In this document: positions 40,501-53,705 of the stretch, piece after piece
How the letters are laid out: each line of letters begins with the position of its first letter
Position numbering within the stretch: position 1 is the first letter of the stretch
Source of the DNA: Ylistrum balloti
Lineage: Eukaryota
Direction of reading: 5' to 3'
DNA length: 64,000 nucleotides
Assembly: GCF_031769215.1 (NCBI RefSeq)
Contig: NW_026781869.1
Coordinates: 496,001-560,000, forward strand
The notes under the pieces: generated by a model
The model's input: only the letters and a program-made list of their open reading frames with translations
Told to the model about the DNA's origin: nothing
The model's database searches: none
Position numbers and translations under genes: made by a program

Positions 40501-43500
40501 CATTATTAGGCTCGAGAAAAGTTCTTACTTTTTCGCTTCAGAAAATGTGTTGACAGAACTGATGCGCTGCACCGTTGCCTGATTGAAGGCCACTCCCATA
40601 TACCCAATGATTGATCCCACAAAGAGAGGCCAAAATGTGTGACGGACCGTCGGGTCAGGATCAAAACTAAAATTCACAAAAAGTAGAAATTATATCACAT
40701 ACACTTCCATCTTGTATTGTCATGACTCATCAATTATCTATTTATCTAGGTCAGTATAGGATTGTACCGTATGGCCACACTACTTGGCTGATATCAATCG
40801 ATTTTATTATATTTGTATGCACGATGCACCCCAGAACATATATTTCTTGTCAGTCTTTTTTCTGATAAATGTACACCGAAAAGTTGTGAACAATTTCCTT
40901 TCGGATTCCGATATATTTTCTCTAAAAACCTATTTAAATACTATGTTTCAATTCTTGTGACACCAGTTTGAATTATACTTGTCTACTTAAAACAATATCT
41001 CAGGTTTTGTTTAAAATCATATCGTAATTGTACATCGATTTGACATCTTTACATGATTTGTTTGGGTCGACACTTCAGCCAATATTTTGATCCCTAATGA
41101 TGTAGTTTTCGCTTGTGTAGCTTTCCGAGCAATGATGAGTGTACCGTGTTTATTGTTTTAGTTTAAAATGTCTTTATATTCATAAAGTACTTTTTGCCGT
41201 TACATACTTACTTAAAGAAATTGATTCGGAGGTTATCGTAATTGATTTGTAAGACCTTTCCGAAGTCTCCTACATCCATGGTGCCCTTTAACAAAATGAA
41301 GCACTTGTAAGAAAACAAACAGAAAATACCAACATATGAACAGAATCATATTCCAAGCACGAATGCAATAAAACTAGGAATAAAATAAAAACAACAGAAA
41401 AAGATTACAAGGCGACACATGAAAAATACAGGGAGAATGAAATAAAGCGTGCCGGAAGAGTAAGCGTCTTCTGCTTAACCAAGGCAACAGCATAGTTAAA
41501 TCTTGGTCAATCCTAGTAAGTAATGTCATGTTGTCAAATGAGAACAAGGTATACAACAAAAGAACCAACATGCTAACTAACGATTATCACACACGTCCAG
41601 CTTCATATCACACAAAGACAATAATATGGTACATTTTGGTTTGGTTACTTCTTTGCTCTCTTTATGCATTCTGTATTGTACTTGAGATGGAAATTGTTCG
41701 GGGTCTTCTTTTAAAGTGAATGGCAGAAATATAACATAGTACCAAACCTAAACTGGCTCTACATAGAGGAAAATAGTACAAATTATTTGTATATGTATTT
41801 TCATGTCTATTGTTGTTATTCCTTGCTGCCCGCCATATTGGAAAACAATGTGCGCATAGTTTGATCACGTATATCAGCTATATGAAGCTTTAGCTCGGAA
41901 ATTGCGATCACAACATTTTGGAAGAACATCCATACGGTATCGATATAAGATTGTTCATTTTTATCAAAAGCTAGTTGATATTTCTGATGTCTGTTTACTC
42001 TGTTTTATATATGTATACACCACATATCAACTCTGTATCAGTCACAATAGATACCTTGACGATTACAACAATCATCCCAATTGTCATAATGAGGCATTGT
42101 AAAACATCTGTCCACACGACCGCTTTCAGGCCGCCCTGTACAGAAATAAAACAGAACAAAATGATAAATCTGTTCAACAAAAACCGCCTTAATTTTCCTC
42201 CGTACAAACGTATATATTGAGACGTTGTAGTAAATCAGTCCACACGACCGCCTTGAGTCATCCACGTCAGAGATATATTGAGACATTGGTGAACGTCTGT
42301 CCACACGAACCGCCTTAAATCTTCCACATACAGAGATATATTGAGACATTGGAATACGTCTGTCCACACGACCGCCTTGAGTCATCCACGTCAGAGATAT
42401 ATTGAGACATTGGAGTACGTCTGTCCACACGACCGCCTTGAGTCATCCACGTCAGAGATATATTGAGACATTGGAGTACGTCTGTCCACACGACCGCCTT
42501 GAGTCATCCACGTCAGAGATATATTGAGACATTGGAGTACGTCTGTCCACACGACCGCCTTGAGTAATCCACGTTAGAGACATATTGAGACATCGGAGTA
42601 CGTCTGTCCAAACAACCGTCTTGAGATATCATCTTACGGAGAAATATTGAGATATTGTAGTACGTCTGTCGAAACAACCGCCTTTGATACGCCCTGTCCT
42701 GGTGTATACCATGTAATAGACGTTTGTGGTTCATATTGAATTTGTTTATTTTTTCTGCTGACATTCAGTGCTCAAGGATACCGCCCAAAACAGTTCAACG
42801 CTTTTAAGGAAAATTTTCAACTATTTTCATCATGTTACAAGGGAATGCAATTTCTACAAGGGAATGCAATTTCAAATTACTTAACTTATCCAAAGTGTTC
42901 TGTTGACAGTCACTGAGCTGGTTATACACAATTGACTTACGTAAGTTGACATCCTAGCCAAGTCATACATGGGTATGTATTATGAGTTATTAATTTAAAC
43001 GTTAACGATTTAATACGCTGATTGAAATTTTATGTGATGACTATTTTATAATGACAACAAACTTACTATAGAGGTGTAAATGATGGCTGTCCCTGCTACG
43101 GTGAATACAGAAGCCCAGAATGGAAAATCTGTCACTGAATACAAATAAATGTCATTATTATGTAAAACCTTATATCAAAAAGGAAATAATATAACAACAA
43201 CTAAAACCAATCTTAAATCGATCTTAAAATTGATAGATTGGTGGCAAAATATGAGCAAAAGGAAAATCCAACAGTGACTTTTGATTAATGCAAAAAGAAA
43301 AAGACCATGTAGTCCAGAAGGGTAACTGCGTTCTTCTTCTTTATCAACGACAATGATGATACTATACAATCTAGGTATGAATAAATTGAACAAAAATTAC
43401 AATGAAGACATTTAAGCATAACCGTTATTATACAACCTAGTGGAAAGGATCCCTTGTTGGTCAAAATGTTAAGAAGGGAAATTTTGTTTCTGATTATTCA

Positions 43501-46500
43501 TTTTAGTACGTATAAAGTATGTGACACACTTTTTCTGTTATTTTCATTTCTAATGAACTGACCTGCTTCTAAAGCTATAGCTGGGCCATAAAGAACAATC
43601 CCCATGTAAAATATCTACAACAAAAGCAGGCGAAGTTATTCAAGATTATCCGTAAAAGTATTTGTTCTAAATATCACAGAGGTGTAATTTTGATTAAATG
43701 TCTGTTTCATATGTTCCTCAAACATAGTACTTAAATGCAAGAATATCTACATACGTGTTGAACATTATTCAGCTATTTATAACTTTTTTGTTTACCTGGG
43801 TACATTATTCCAAGATTCGAAGAAAGAATTAAATTCATTGGCTGGTGTTTGTGGAAATCTTATGGAGTTAATGAGCTTTCCCTCAATCTCTCGTCTGATT
43901 ATGATAGGTAATTAGTGAAGGTACGAATACAGGACTATCAATATTTTACAGAAAGCTCAAGCCATACTTTGTACTGATGCATCCCAGGGTGATAACGTGA
44001 TCCTTAATGATACGAGGGCTGATTGATGAAGCAGGGATGTCCTTTCTTCAGCTCTACTTTTCCCCGACTATCCAAGTCTGTGTACCCGAAGACTGGTGTC
44101 ATATGACTAGTTTATGGCGACAAGGTAGCACTCTAAATTAAACAAGGCAAGTGGCTTTTGCGAAATGGAAAAACAATCACTGGAACCGCAGTGATTCAAT
44201 ATTTGCATAAAAGGTCTAGCACCTAAGAATATCCATTCTGATACGGTAGCTACACTAAGGAATGATGCCCCTTCATATGCTACAGTGAGAAGTTAGGTGG
44301 CGGAAATCGAGAGTGGTAAGTAGAGCCTAGACCCCCATCCTTGAAGGTTATGACCTCATTTTTCAGGTATATTGACAGTATTCTGATGGAAGATTATCTT
44401 CAGAAGGGACAAACAACCAACGCCACGTATTTTGCATCAACTATTAACTATTATATCATTATTATAGTTAAGAGAAAACATTTAACTCAAGTGCCGCGGA
44501 AAACTCAATAAAGGTGTGTTGTTCAACCAGGACAATGCGCCTGTTCACATGTCTATCATTCTCATTACGGCCTTTAACGATTGTGGTTTTGAATTGATTT
44601 GATTGAGCATCCGCCTTTTTCGCCTGATCTTGCTCCAACAGACTTTCATCTATTTCCAAAATTGAAAAGAAATGCCATTCCTAGTACAAACAATCGGTCA
44701 GGTGATACCGTCATTCATGCAGTGGATGCCTTTCAAAACGGCCAAGAAAAATACTTCTCTAAAAGTGGTATTGAGGTCCTTAAACATCGCTTGAAAAGTC
44801 TATAGATAGTGAATGGGATTATATTGAAAAATAATGCAATATGTCCACCAAAAGTCAAATCCTTAAATGTGAAGCTCATAACTTATCAATCAGCCCTCAT
44901 ACACAGCAATGTTGCCTGTAATTGTTAAATATATGAAAATATCATATCAACGTCAGACTCAATTTAACAGCATGATATCCTCTGCGGTCTATGACTGCGG
45001 ACCCGATAGGTAGAGGCATATTCAAGGGTTATTGTTATATAAAGGACACACACTTAACTAGCACCACTTAATACAAATTTAGAATCAGGCAGAGTAGAAC
45101 TAAACTATCAATTTAACTGCATCATACTCGTGTTTCATACTTCTAGGACGCGTCCGTGATGCTGAGGGGATCAATTCTGAAGCCAAGGAGGCGACTGTGG
45201 AAAATCCAATAAGATCGAATGAATTGTTAAAATCTAGATGGTAAGATGTACTAGCCTCATAGTTTAATAAATACCGTAATTTCGATTTATTGCTTTGATA
45301 CTCATTGATATGAAAAAGATCTTTTGCAATCTTACGCCAATGAAAATCGAGAACACAAATTATCCGATTAAATTGATAAATAATTAAGCCCATTACAAAA
45401 AGACACAAAACCTGACAACTGAAGGGTTTGGTTACATATGACACGACCTTCAGTTGCATGGTAAACGAATGTGGAGCTAACACGTTAAACATTTCAAAGG
45501 GATTATTGTCATTAAAAGCGATAACCATACTTTCAGCTGCGTAGTAACTTGTCACGTATTAAACGTTCTTTGAACGTTATACGCAAATTTAGACTTTTAG
45601 TGACATGAATAAATAACATTGAATTTACATTGAAAACTAATTTTGGATTTACATATTCTAATCAATGTAATTTTTTTTGTATCCTTGACTCATGATGCGT
45701 ACTCGTGAAAGATACTAAAATATTAGACACACATGTAGAATATATTTGTAATAACTGATGACACCATTAGATATAATCTACATATAAGTTTAGAAGTACG
45801 TCTTGGACATGTGTCTATTTTGAACCGTGCCATTACTTAAGATGAATCGTAACATAGCCTGGAGTACCTCAGGTACAAAAAGACGATATATTATTTTTAT
45901 TTATATAGTTTTATTACGGTTCTTGATACTAAATTATAAAATATTATAATTTGAGGTGATGCATCGTCATGTCATATTTGTATTACCTTGTGTATATTAG
46001 TAGATTATATTCTTTTATTTTCTACAATATATAATTATCTCTAATCCTACATCAGTGTGTTATACCTTATCATATATTATCACTATATGCAGTATAAATG
46101 TGTATAATATCATATGAAATGAGTATTAACGTGGATAATTCATTATGATATACGCAGTGTGGTGCTTTGTCATAGTATCATTGTGCTATGTTTATTATTA
46201 TTACAAACTAGCCGGAAATAGATATTTATATTTTATTTCTGTAAAAAAAATAATAAAAATGTAAAAGAAATAAAAACAGCTGCGTTTTAGCCTGTTTCTA
46301 TTTATAGACTATAATTTCAATTCATTTTAATTAATATAATAGGAAAATGTACACAATCATCGTACTATCTCTCCGTCCTCGGCTCACGTAAATAAGAGCT
46401 GAGGTTATCAGTATATTAGTTACAGCATTTATTCAGCTACCAAAAAGCGTCGTGCAACATACATACAGAAATATTGTAAATATCCATGATAGTGAAAAAT

Positions 46501-49459
46501 AGTACATTCTAGTAATATTGGTTTGGATCAAGCTTAACTCATCTTCAATTACTTAATAATATTTAATATATATATCAAATATTTACTAAAGGTTTGTTAA
46601 AGAAGGCTTGGCTTGGAACCTAAATAGCGTATATTTCAGTCAATAAAACTTGCACAATGTCCCTGTCTTATCAGGTCATCTAATCTATTAAAGTTGTATT
46701 TAGACCAGTTGTTTCATATTTGTTACGGCCATTAACATACATATTAGCGTTATCTTATGAATATTTCATAAGTAGTTCTGATACCATGTGATCTGTGCTG
46801 AAGTAGCAATAATCCTATTGATTACCTGCCTTACATCAATAGTAAGAAAACTTATAGACAGTACATCCCTGTAATGAACACAATGACACGACACCTTTAC
46901 ACAAAGTACATATGAAGTCTTTCTTGGTCAATAATCCACGATATCAGTAAACAATGAAGACAATACCAAAGCATGCAAAGTCACGAAATGGTTTTTCAAA
47001 CATAAATGAAATAATAAAAAAAATGCTGGAAAGTATCTTCTTGTGAACGTATTCGATATAAAAATATGCACAGTGTTACAAAAAAACATTGAAGAGTTTA
47101 AGGAAGTACTAGAAATATGAATTTTACTCACGTAATACAACATTCCAATAACAGTACCTAGTGTGCGTGGTGTTTTGCTTTTATATCGCAGTTCGAAATA
47201 CTGAAACATAAACAGATATACTATGATAGCTTGTGGTCTAGATTTTATGCGAGTGAAATGTCAAAATTAATTATTTCACATGACTACCACGAAGATGAAA
47301 TAAATCATAAAAAAAAACCACCGTGCACGTGCATATTATTTCAAATTCGCTTTAGATTATTAATCTGTTTATTTTCCAAATACATATTGAATAAAAGATA
47401 GATAAGTGGTACATTGTTCTGTTGACTCCCAAATACACGGAGATGATGCTAGGGGGTCAACGCGTTGTAGATTCAGAAGAGTAGCTATACATATTTTTTT
47501 ATTGCTTTTGTCAATATCACTAAAGGGCATATATTGTAGAAGTCACCAATATTTTCTTCCGTATAAACCTATTAACAAATTCTCGAGGATTATAATTTGA
47601 ACATTACTCATGAATCACGGTACAAATGAAAATTGAATCGCGTTCTAAAGTTTTAATTAATAAGAATTTCTCATGAGATAATACGAAAAGTCGTTTGGTA
47701 TGTTTCATATCAAAGGGAGATAACAAAGCAGTCAACAATGCTCAAGTAACCAACATGACACGACGTCATTTTTTTCAAAAAACTGCTGATCGGAGTTAAC
47801 AAAAGATATATCATTTCTGTCGTCAGAATTCCTATTATGGATTTGGCTATTACCTGCAATGTGAATAAACGACTTTTTGTCAAGGTGTAAGAGAATCGAT
47901 ATATTGTTAAAGAGGCGGAATAGCTTCAATTATGGTCACTGCCAACGCATGTCGTTTTGTCTTGTTAAGTGAGTTTAAAGTTAGATATAACAGATTATTT
48001 CCATGTATTGTCCGAAGCCTAATTTGATATATAATATCTAGAACTAGCCAACTTAGGGGTACATTTTTTGGTCGTCAATATTCGTGGATGTTTTTTCATT
48101 TGGAACGGATAAAATAATTTGTTTATTAAATTATTAATACACTATTTACTGTTTATTTATTCTTGGTTACATTACCTCAAATACACTCGTGAGCTTGAGA
48201 GGATGAAATAATGGAACTGCTACTCGTGTGGCAAACAGCATGGTTATCATCAACCCCACACTGGCCCAAATAAGATCACCGCCATAAATATAAATTTCTG
48301 CGGGGAAACCCAGAACCAGAATAGAGGACTCAAAGGATACTACGAGTGAGAACGCGACCGGTAACATCTTCAGCCGTCGATTCCCAACCAGATACTCCAG
48401 GGTTGTCTTTTGTCCTCCACCGGAACAGGCGGAATACACACCTACAGTAGTATATAAATGTACAATTCCTAGCATATAAAGGCATGCAACGATAAAGAAG
48501 TTATACATTTTTGAAATATACAAGGTTTTATGGTGGGAATGTAATACATAAATAACAGTGTTTACATGTTTAATCAATGTGTATAAATGTGCCGATCTTA
48601 CTTTATTGGAATTTGATCAATAATTTTATTCATGTGTTGTCTTCACTTACTTAATGTTAAAGCATTCAAAGACAACAAAGAAAATAGAAACATGTGAGTA
48701 ATATCAAACTTCAAATGTTAATTAAAAACAAGAAAATGACAATATGTCAACAATATAATATTCCAAATTCAAATTCAATTAAAAAACAACAAGAAAATAG
48801 CAACACGTCAACAATTCAGAATTTAATAAAAAACAAAAAAACAAAAATATATCTTATCTTGCATACTATATATATAACCGTATCCTGACCATAGACAACA
48901 TAAGATTTTAGATATTTTTTCTTATGGGATTCAACAACACATATTGACTGTACACATTGATTCCATAAAACACGTCATCAAACTTATTCCCAAAACCATT
49001 GAATACTGATCGGACAAATGATCTCAACATACTAGGAAAGTGAAATATCACTTACGATAAAAAAGGAAAAAATGCAAACATGGTTTCATTAAAAGAATGC
49101 TTGATATCCATAGATAATAATCTTTTCGAGAACGAGGCTATCGCAACTCACCTATCCCTATGGAAAATGATATCATTCCAGCAAATATGACGTAGTCTAT
49201 AACATGGAAGCCAAACTCTGACGCTGAAAGGGAATTAATTTTAAGTACGCAATCATGAGCGCATTATGGTGGGAATGGGATCCTAAAAGGGCATATTGAA
49301 AGATCGTGAAATCCGATCTTAGTCGATACATATTAACAGTAATTGCTTTCTACCCTGTTTACGAAAATAGAATGTCATAGAAATGATAAGGAACTTTTAT
49401 GGAACAAATGGAAATTCTCACCACAGACTTAGATATTGATATCTTAATCCTGACCAAGA

Positions 49460-49518
<59 letters not shown>

Positions 49519-50246
49519 TGTGTGTGTTTAGAATACATGGTCAGTGTCTCAAAATATAAGCTGTATTTTGGAGAGGAGAGGGTGGAGAAAGACATAAGTG
49601 GAGAGTATCACTTTTGTCTTCCTCCTCACTCGCCAAAATACAACTTATATTTTAAGACACTGACCATGTATAACGTTTTCCCTGCAGCATTGATTGAAAA
49701 CGTCAGCAGTTTAGTTGTTTAATCCTTTTTTCTATCATTAACGCTGATTTTTGACTGAAGACATTCGCCAAAATAATTGCTCCGCCCTGAAATGTAGTTT
49801 GAAAGTTTGAACAGATATGACAGCGATTTTATTAATTTTCGTAAATAAACTAATTAATTACAACAAGGAAAATCTCTTATTTCAACAGGAATATACATAT
49901 TTCTATACGTAATATTTAAGTGAATTCAGAAAAAATAAATCTGTCAAATTACCACACATGCTAAAATACAGCTGTTTTCCGTCATTGCCGAATACAGCAA
50001 AATTATATCTGACAGGTGTATTCCGACAATGACAGTGCCAGTTACATGATAGAAATATCTTTATCCTGACCTCAGATTTAAAAACATCGATATCTTTTTC
50101 CTAACAACAAACGTATATATATGTATCTGTGTCCTGATCTCTTACGTGAATATAAGACAAAAACAAATATTACTGACCACAAAAAGGGGGGAAAAGTCCT
50201 CATAATTAAACGATATTTAAAAAAAATAAAAAAGATACTTACGCAT
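31502..50246 (-). CDS. SLC5: SLC5 sodium:solute symporter gene B (tandem paralog of gene A), 18 coding exons, 629 aa
   Basis: Hand-spliced; all introns are GT-AG and the total of 1890 nt is in frame. Exons: 50246-50243 (ATG C), 49223-49152, 48441-48176, 47200-47132, 43614-43563, 43134-43067, 42135-42055, 41285-41212, 40666-40529, 38339-38204, 37484-37396, 37212-37100, 36968-36898, 35885-35799, 34790-34525, 34032-33932, 31989-31871, 31585-31502 (TAG). Exon lengths equal those of gene A except exon 15 (+3 nt) and exon 18. Confidence 0.93.
34065..34270. mobile_element. Dispersed repeat family X copy
   Basis: Similar to 24985-25170 (ccaacatgtcaaca..., tttacatggagacgcctgataacg...gagaataagacc...gcaagcgtcttctg). 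Confidence 0.55.
36060..36240 (+). mobile_element. SINE-like repeat family Y with an internal 53-bp direct duplication
   Basis: Core gtactccggtttcctcc...caacaagagtgat is shared with 59860-59995 and, more weakly and inverted, with 52270-52400. gacgtgaaaaggtatggtgtcacctacccgaccacgt occurs twice in tandem. Confidence 0.6.
37640..37830. mobile_element. Dispersed repeat family X copy, inverted orientation
   Basis: cagaagacgcttattcttccgaaacacctgg...caggagtctccgtgtaaatc is the reverse complement of motifs at 25100-25170. Confidence 0.6.
38960..39660. repeat. Tandem 42-bp repeat (atcctgttatatagatacatcattgtgtcctctgattatatc), split by a block of 25-bp repeats at about 39135-39385
   Basis: Direct tandem repeats, in intron 9 of gene B. 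Confidence 0.9.
39775..40410. repeat. Tandem 25-bp repeat (tacctgaggatgtatattttatatg), about 25 copies
   Basis: Direct tandem repeats. Confidence 0.93.
41310..41530. mobile_element. Dispersed repeat family X copy
   Basis: acagaaaataccaacat...gcgtgccggaagagtaagcgtcttctg, similar to 24985-25170. Confidence 0.5.
42170..42710. repeat. Tandem repeat of about 61 bp derived from the acceptor and 5' half of SLC5 exon 7, about 8-9 copies
   Basis: The unit's reverse complement contains aaggcggtcgtgtggacagacgtactccaatgtctca; the real exon reads aaagcggtcgtgtggacagatgttttacaatgcctca (KAVVWTDVLQCL). Confidence 0.9.
44013..44899 (+). mobile_element. Internally deleted mariner-family (DD34D type) transposon in intron 4 of gene B
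   Basis: TA|cgagggctgattgat at 44011-44027 and atcaatcagccctca|TA at 44885-44901. Transposase remnants: ATLRNDAPSYATVK and GVLFNQDNAPVH...IEHPPFSPDLAPTDFHLFPKLK. Confidence 0.88.
49460..49527. repeat. Compound (TA)n(TG)n microsatellite
   Basis: Read directly. Confidence 0.95.
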
Positions 50247-50949
50247 GTTGGGATTCTAATTGTCTTTCCCTTCTAAACTAGACAAATGGGTATACATGGA
50301 ATGTCTTATTATACTTTACACTGCTTATCAGACTAATGCAGTTTATTCCGTGTCACGAAAATTCGTACAAAACTATTACAAGGTTTTGTTTGTTAACAGT
50401 GCATCGACCATCTCTTTATAACACTAAACACTAACAGAAAAGCAAAGCCATGACTACACTGACTTTTTGACTCCGGTTGCTTAAAGATTAGTTCATGTTA
50501 ACCAGTGGTTAGTGAAAACTCGAATTGTTCCCACTGAACAAACAGAGTCTTAAAAAGCAGACATAACACATAAAACGTAAATTTGACCTTTCTCAATTAA
50601 TTCATAGCAGTGAATATTTTAAGAGTGCAAGCAATTTTGTTTTCTCACAATTAAAAAATCCACAAACCAATGGTTATCTCTAACCAGTCTTTGAACAACT
50701 GGGGCCTGGTCACCAAATCTGACCTTAGATAAATGTTATATGCGAATAAGAATATATTACCTCTGCCGTACATAAATGAGAAATCAAAAAAGCATTCCGA
50801 GCCTCGAGTCATGTATGGTATCAATTATTTTAACAAGGGCTGAACAGTCCTACAAATTGATGTGTTAGATACACATTAGCGAGAAAACAATGAATACAGC
50901 TACAATAGAAACAACCATTAGTATTAGAAATATGATTGTCTGCATAAAG

Positions 50950-52200
50950 TCAGAATTTGATTTTAGTTTTGATAGGATTTTCACATTTTTCCCATCATTC
51001 GTAAATTTTGCTATTAACGTGCTGCTTTTGCTGTTTGAAATATATTTTTTTACAGAATAATTACTTTCTATAGTTTTAACAAACATATTGATGATAATGA
51101 AACTGTGTAAATGTCCTGTTTTGTAAATGTAGTGTTTAATGATCAAAATTATTTCATTATTGACTCGAAGACTAAGGATATTATAGTTAGTAATTCCAAA
51201 CAGAACAGATTGCTGAAAGAACACGGTCTATCCAATGCATCTGTAAGTGTTTCAGAGTAACATAGGTTGTATACAGGACTGATAACTAACTTTGCTTTAA
51301 ACAGCCTGGAGTTGGTATTTAGAATGTTATGAGTAATACTGTATCACAGCCATTAAATGTTAGTATATTTGTTACTTTAAATGACAATTTATAGTTAGCT
51401 TCACAGGCTTTGTTGGTTAATACAGATAGCTCCCCCAATTTTTCTCTACCAGTTTGCGTTGCCCGAGTTACATTTTTGTATTTTTTAAAGTTAAAAACCT
51501 TTTCTGATTTCTCAAAAATGTCTGAATATAGAAAGGTATTATGGGCTACACCACAGTATTCTCTAATAGTAACGATCGGAAATCAATTTCTTAACAGAAG
51601 ACACTAACCCTTGATATTTTTATGGAAATTAGTTGTTATATGCTTTTACAAAATCTTCAAAACATAAAAACGATACAACGTTATCAGACTCTAACAATTT
51701 CACTACAGTTGTTACTTCTTTTCTATACCACTGATTGACTGGTTTGTCTAATAGAGTAATACTCCTACTGAATCAATTAGGTGTTTGTAATACTGATTTT
51801 TCTTTATCAATAGTGGTTTCTATAATCTGTAATTTATGCCTAGCTAAAACACGTCTTTCAAAAAACTATGAGTTTAATTCCTATGGTAAAATAGCAACAC
51901 ATCAGTGTTTACTGTACTATTTAAAACTAAAAAACACTTGCCTGGTATATGAAATAGTCTTCTAACCCCACTTAGTTTTAACTCATTTGCAAAAGGACTT
52001 ATATCAATATATTTCAATCCCCTATTTATGAAATCTTGAACAACAGTTTCTCTCTTAATCTTATTTACTTTACTGTTTCATAGGAACTCAAATAAGATGG
52101 AGCTAATCTTATTGGGCGTTTTGGGTAGAGCTGTAATTGTGATATAAAAATTTAATCAAGTGTATCTCCCCTAAACTAGTATTTTCAATGGTATTTTAGC
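50950..52200 (-). mobile_element. Decayed 3' part of a Tx1/L1-clade LINE ORF2 (post-RT region and zinc-finger remnant)
   Basis: The reverse complement gives LPKTPNKISSILFEFL..KIKRETVVQDFINRGLKYIDISPFANELKLSGVRRL, LLDKPVNQWY..., HNILNTNSRLFKAKLVISPVYNLC and IILIIKHYIYK. These resemble the Tx1/L1 motifs GGL..ID....ALK..W..RL and RILH.IL.TN..L..C..C, recalled from family knowledge. Confidence 0.7.
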
Positions 52201-52269
52201 TTTGCAATTTTCTTGTCATAATCAACAGCTTATATTTGTCTCTGTAATAGGCCCTAATTGAACCACACG

Positions 52270-52400
52270 TGAGGATTGACTGTTTGAGGAAACTGGAAAA
52301 CCCAAGGAAAATTATTGTCCGTTTCCTTTTAAAGTTCGATTGGGGAATCTATGGTCGACTATGCGAGAGGCGAATGTATCAACACTGCGCCATCCGACCA
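52270..52400 (-). mobile_element. SINE-like repeat (tRNA-like head, family Y-type core)
   Basis: The reverse complement begins ggtcggatggcgcagtg (A-box-like) and contains gggttttccagtttcctc. Confidence 0.45.
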
Positions 52401-53077
52401 GTGAGTTAGATGTCGATATTCACAGAAAAATTACTGAGCGAGAACAATAGGCAAAGATAACACACACACCATCTCCTTCTCCCTCTTTATATAGATGGTG
52501 TTGTCACATATTACAGAAACGTAATAAAGGAAAAAACATATTGTCTACTGCTGAAGTGCAACATGTCTACTTCCGGCCCCTGTAGGATATTATGCTTCAG
52601 CCATTTATTAGGTGGGTGCCCAAACAATAGGAAATAACTCATAATTTGAATACATAGCATCAATGTATATGCAACCACAAAGTGAGAGCAGTCATAAACT
52701 ATAAAGTATACAGATTAATCATTTTGCTGTGGTCTTCCTTAACACATTTTACTTATTCAAGTGCAAATGGGTAACGACTGTATCTACGTATAGAAATAAC
52801 GTATTTTAGAAAGGAATTTGCTGTTTCATATTTAATATTGTCCCAGAGACATTGAATAATGAAATATGTGGAAACAATTCGATTATCTTAATGCTTACTT
52901 ATCTCACTAAATTACAAACTATATCAGAAAGAAAAGTACATTCGTTTTAGTGTTTTTTATGTCTATTCTTTTACTAATTTAAGAGCACTGTATAAGAAAT
53001 TTGATAATTGAATACCAGTGTTGGACGTAACAACTTCACCGTGAATATAGTTAAAGAGTGCTCTTATTTCTCATGTT

Positions 53078-53097
53078 ACTGGTTTCGTTTCGCTCTA
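53078..53097. promoter_or_regulatory. Conserved upstream motif of the cGLR copies, ISRE/IRF-site-like
   Basis: actggtttcgtttcgctcta here vs actggtttcgttccgctcta at 62079-62098 (19/20 identical), about 610-630 bp upstream of each ATG. It contains TTTCGTTTC (GAAACGAAA on the other strand). Function is inferred. Confidence 0.45.
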
Positions 53098-53705
53098 CTT
53101 ACCTCACACATATCCCGAGTTTCTGAATTCGTGTTTCTGTGTCAGTCGAGTGAGAAGGACAGCTTATGAAATGTTAGGAGGATTATTTTGCTTTGTTGTC
53201 ATATCAATGGAAATTGCTAAGAGACAGATGATAACATATAAGCGTGAAAGACTGGCAATCATGGATTTTTATCGCTGGTAACTCGTGCATGTGTTATGAA
53301 GAGATGGGCCTCTTTTTCTGACAACGCGAGCTGGACTACAAATATTCTGTCTATAACGATACACTAGCAGGTGGACTGTAGAGACAGAAACTTCCGTCTA
53401 ACTTAACGCACTGTAAAGTCAGTCATAGCGAATACTTCCGTACACAAACATTAGAATCAGAAGGAGAACCGTTTACAGATAATCTCCCATCTTTGAATCT
53501 TGATATTAGAAATCATGAGCATAATCAGTACTGACTGCAGTAGATAGAATGGTGGATTTACTTGTTTCTGATAACGCTATAGAGTGACAAACTATACGAC
53601 GTACAACATTGGAGTCTGTTACACATGGGAGAATACATTATTTGGGTGTTGAATGGACTTCAGTATAGATAGAGTTGTGCAACTGTTGATGTTGTGTTTG
53701 AGTTG

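Noticed and set aside
45100-45555. 151-aa minus-strand ORF as a nested gene or integrase fragment
   Set aside because: No convincing motif series. Its 3' part matches a dispersed repeat also seen at about 37880-37995 and 47430-47470, so it is probably a chance ORF in a retroelement tail.
50865-51224. 119-aa ORF with a hydrophobic C-terminus as a viral or membrane protein
   Set aside because: It is collinear with the end of the decayed Tx1/L1 ORF2; the hydrophobic tail is read-through into AT-rich sequence.
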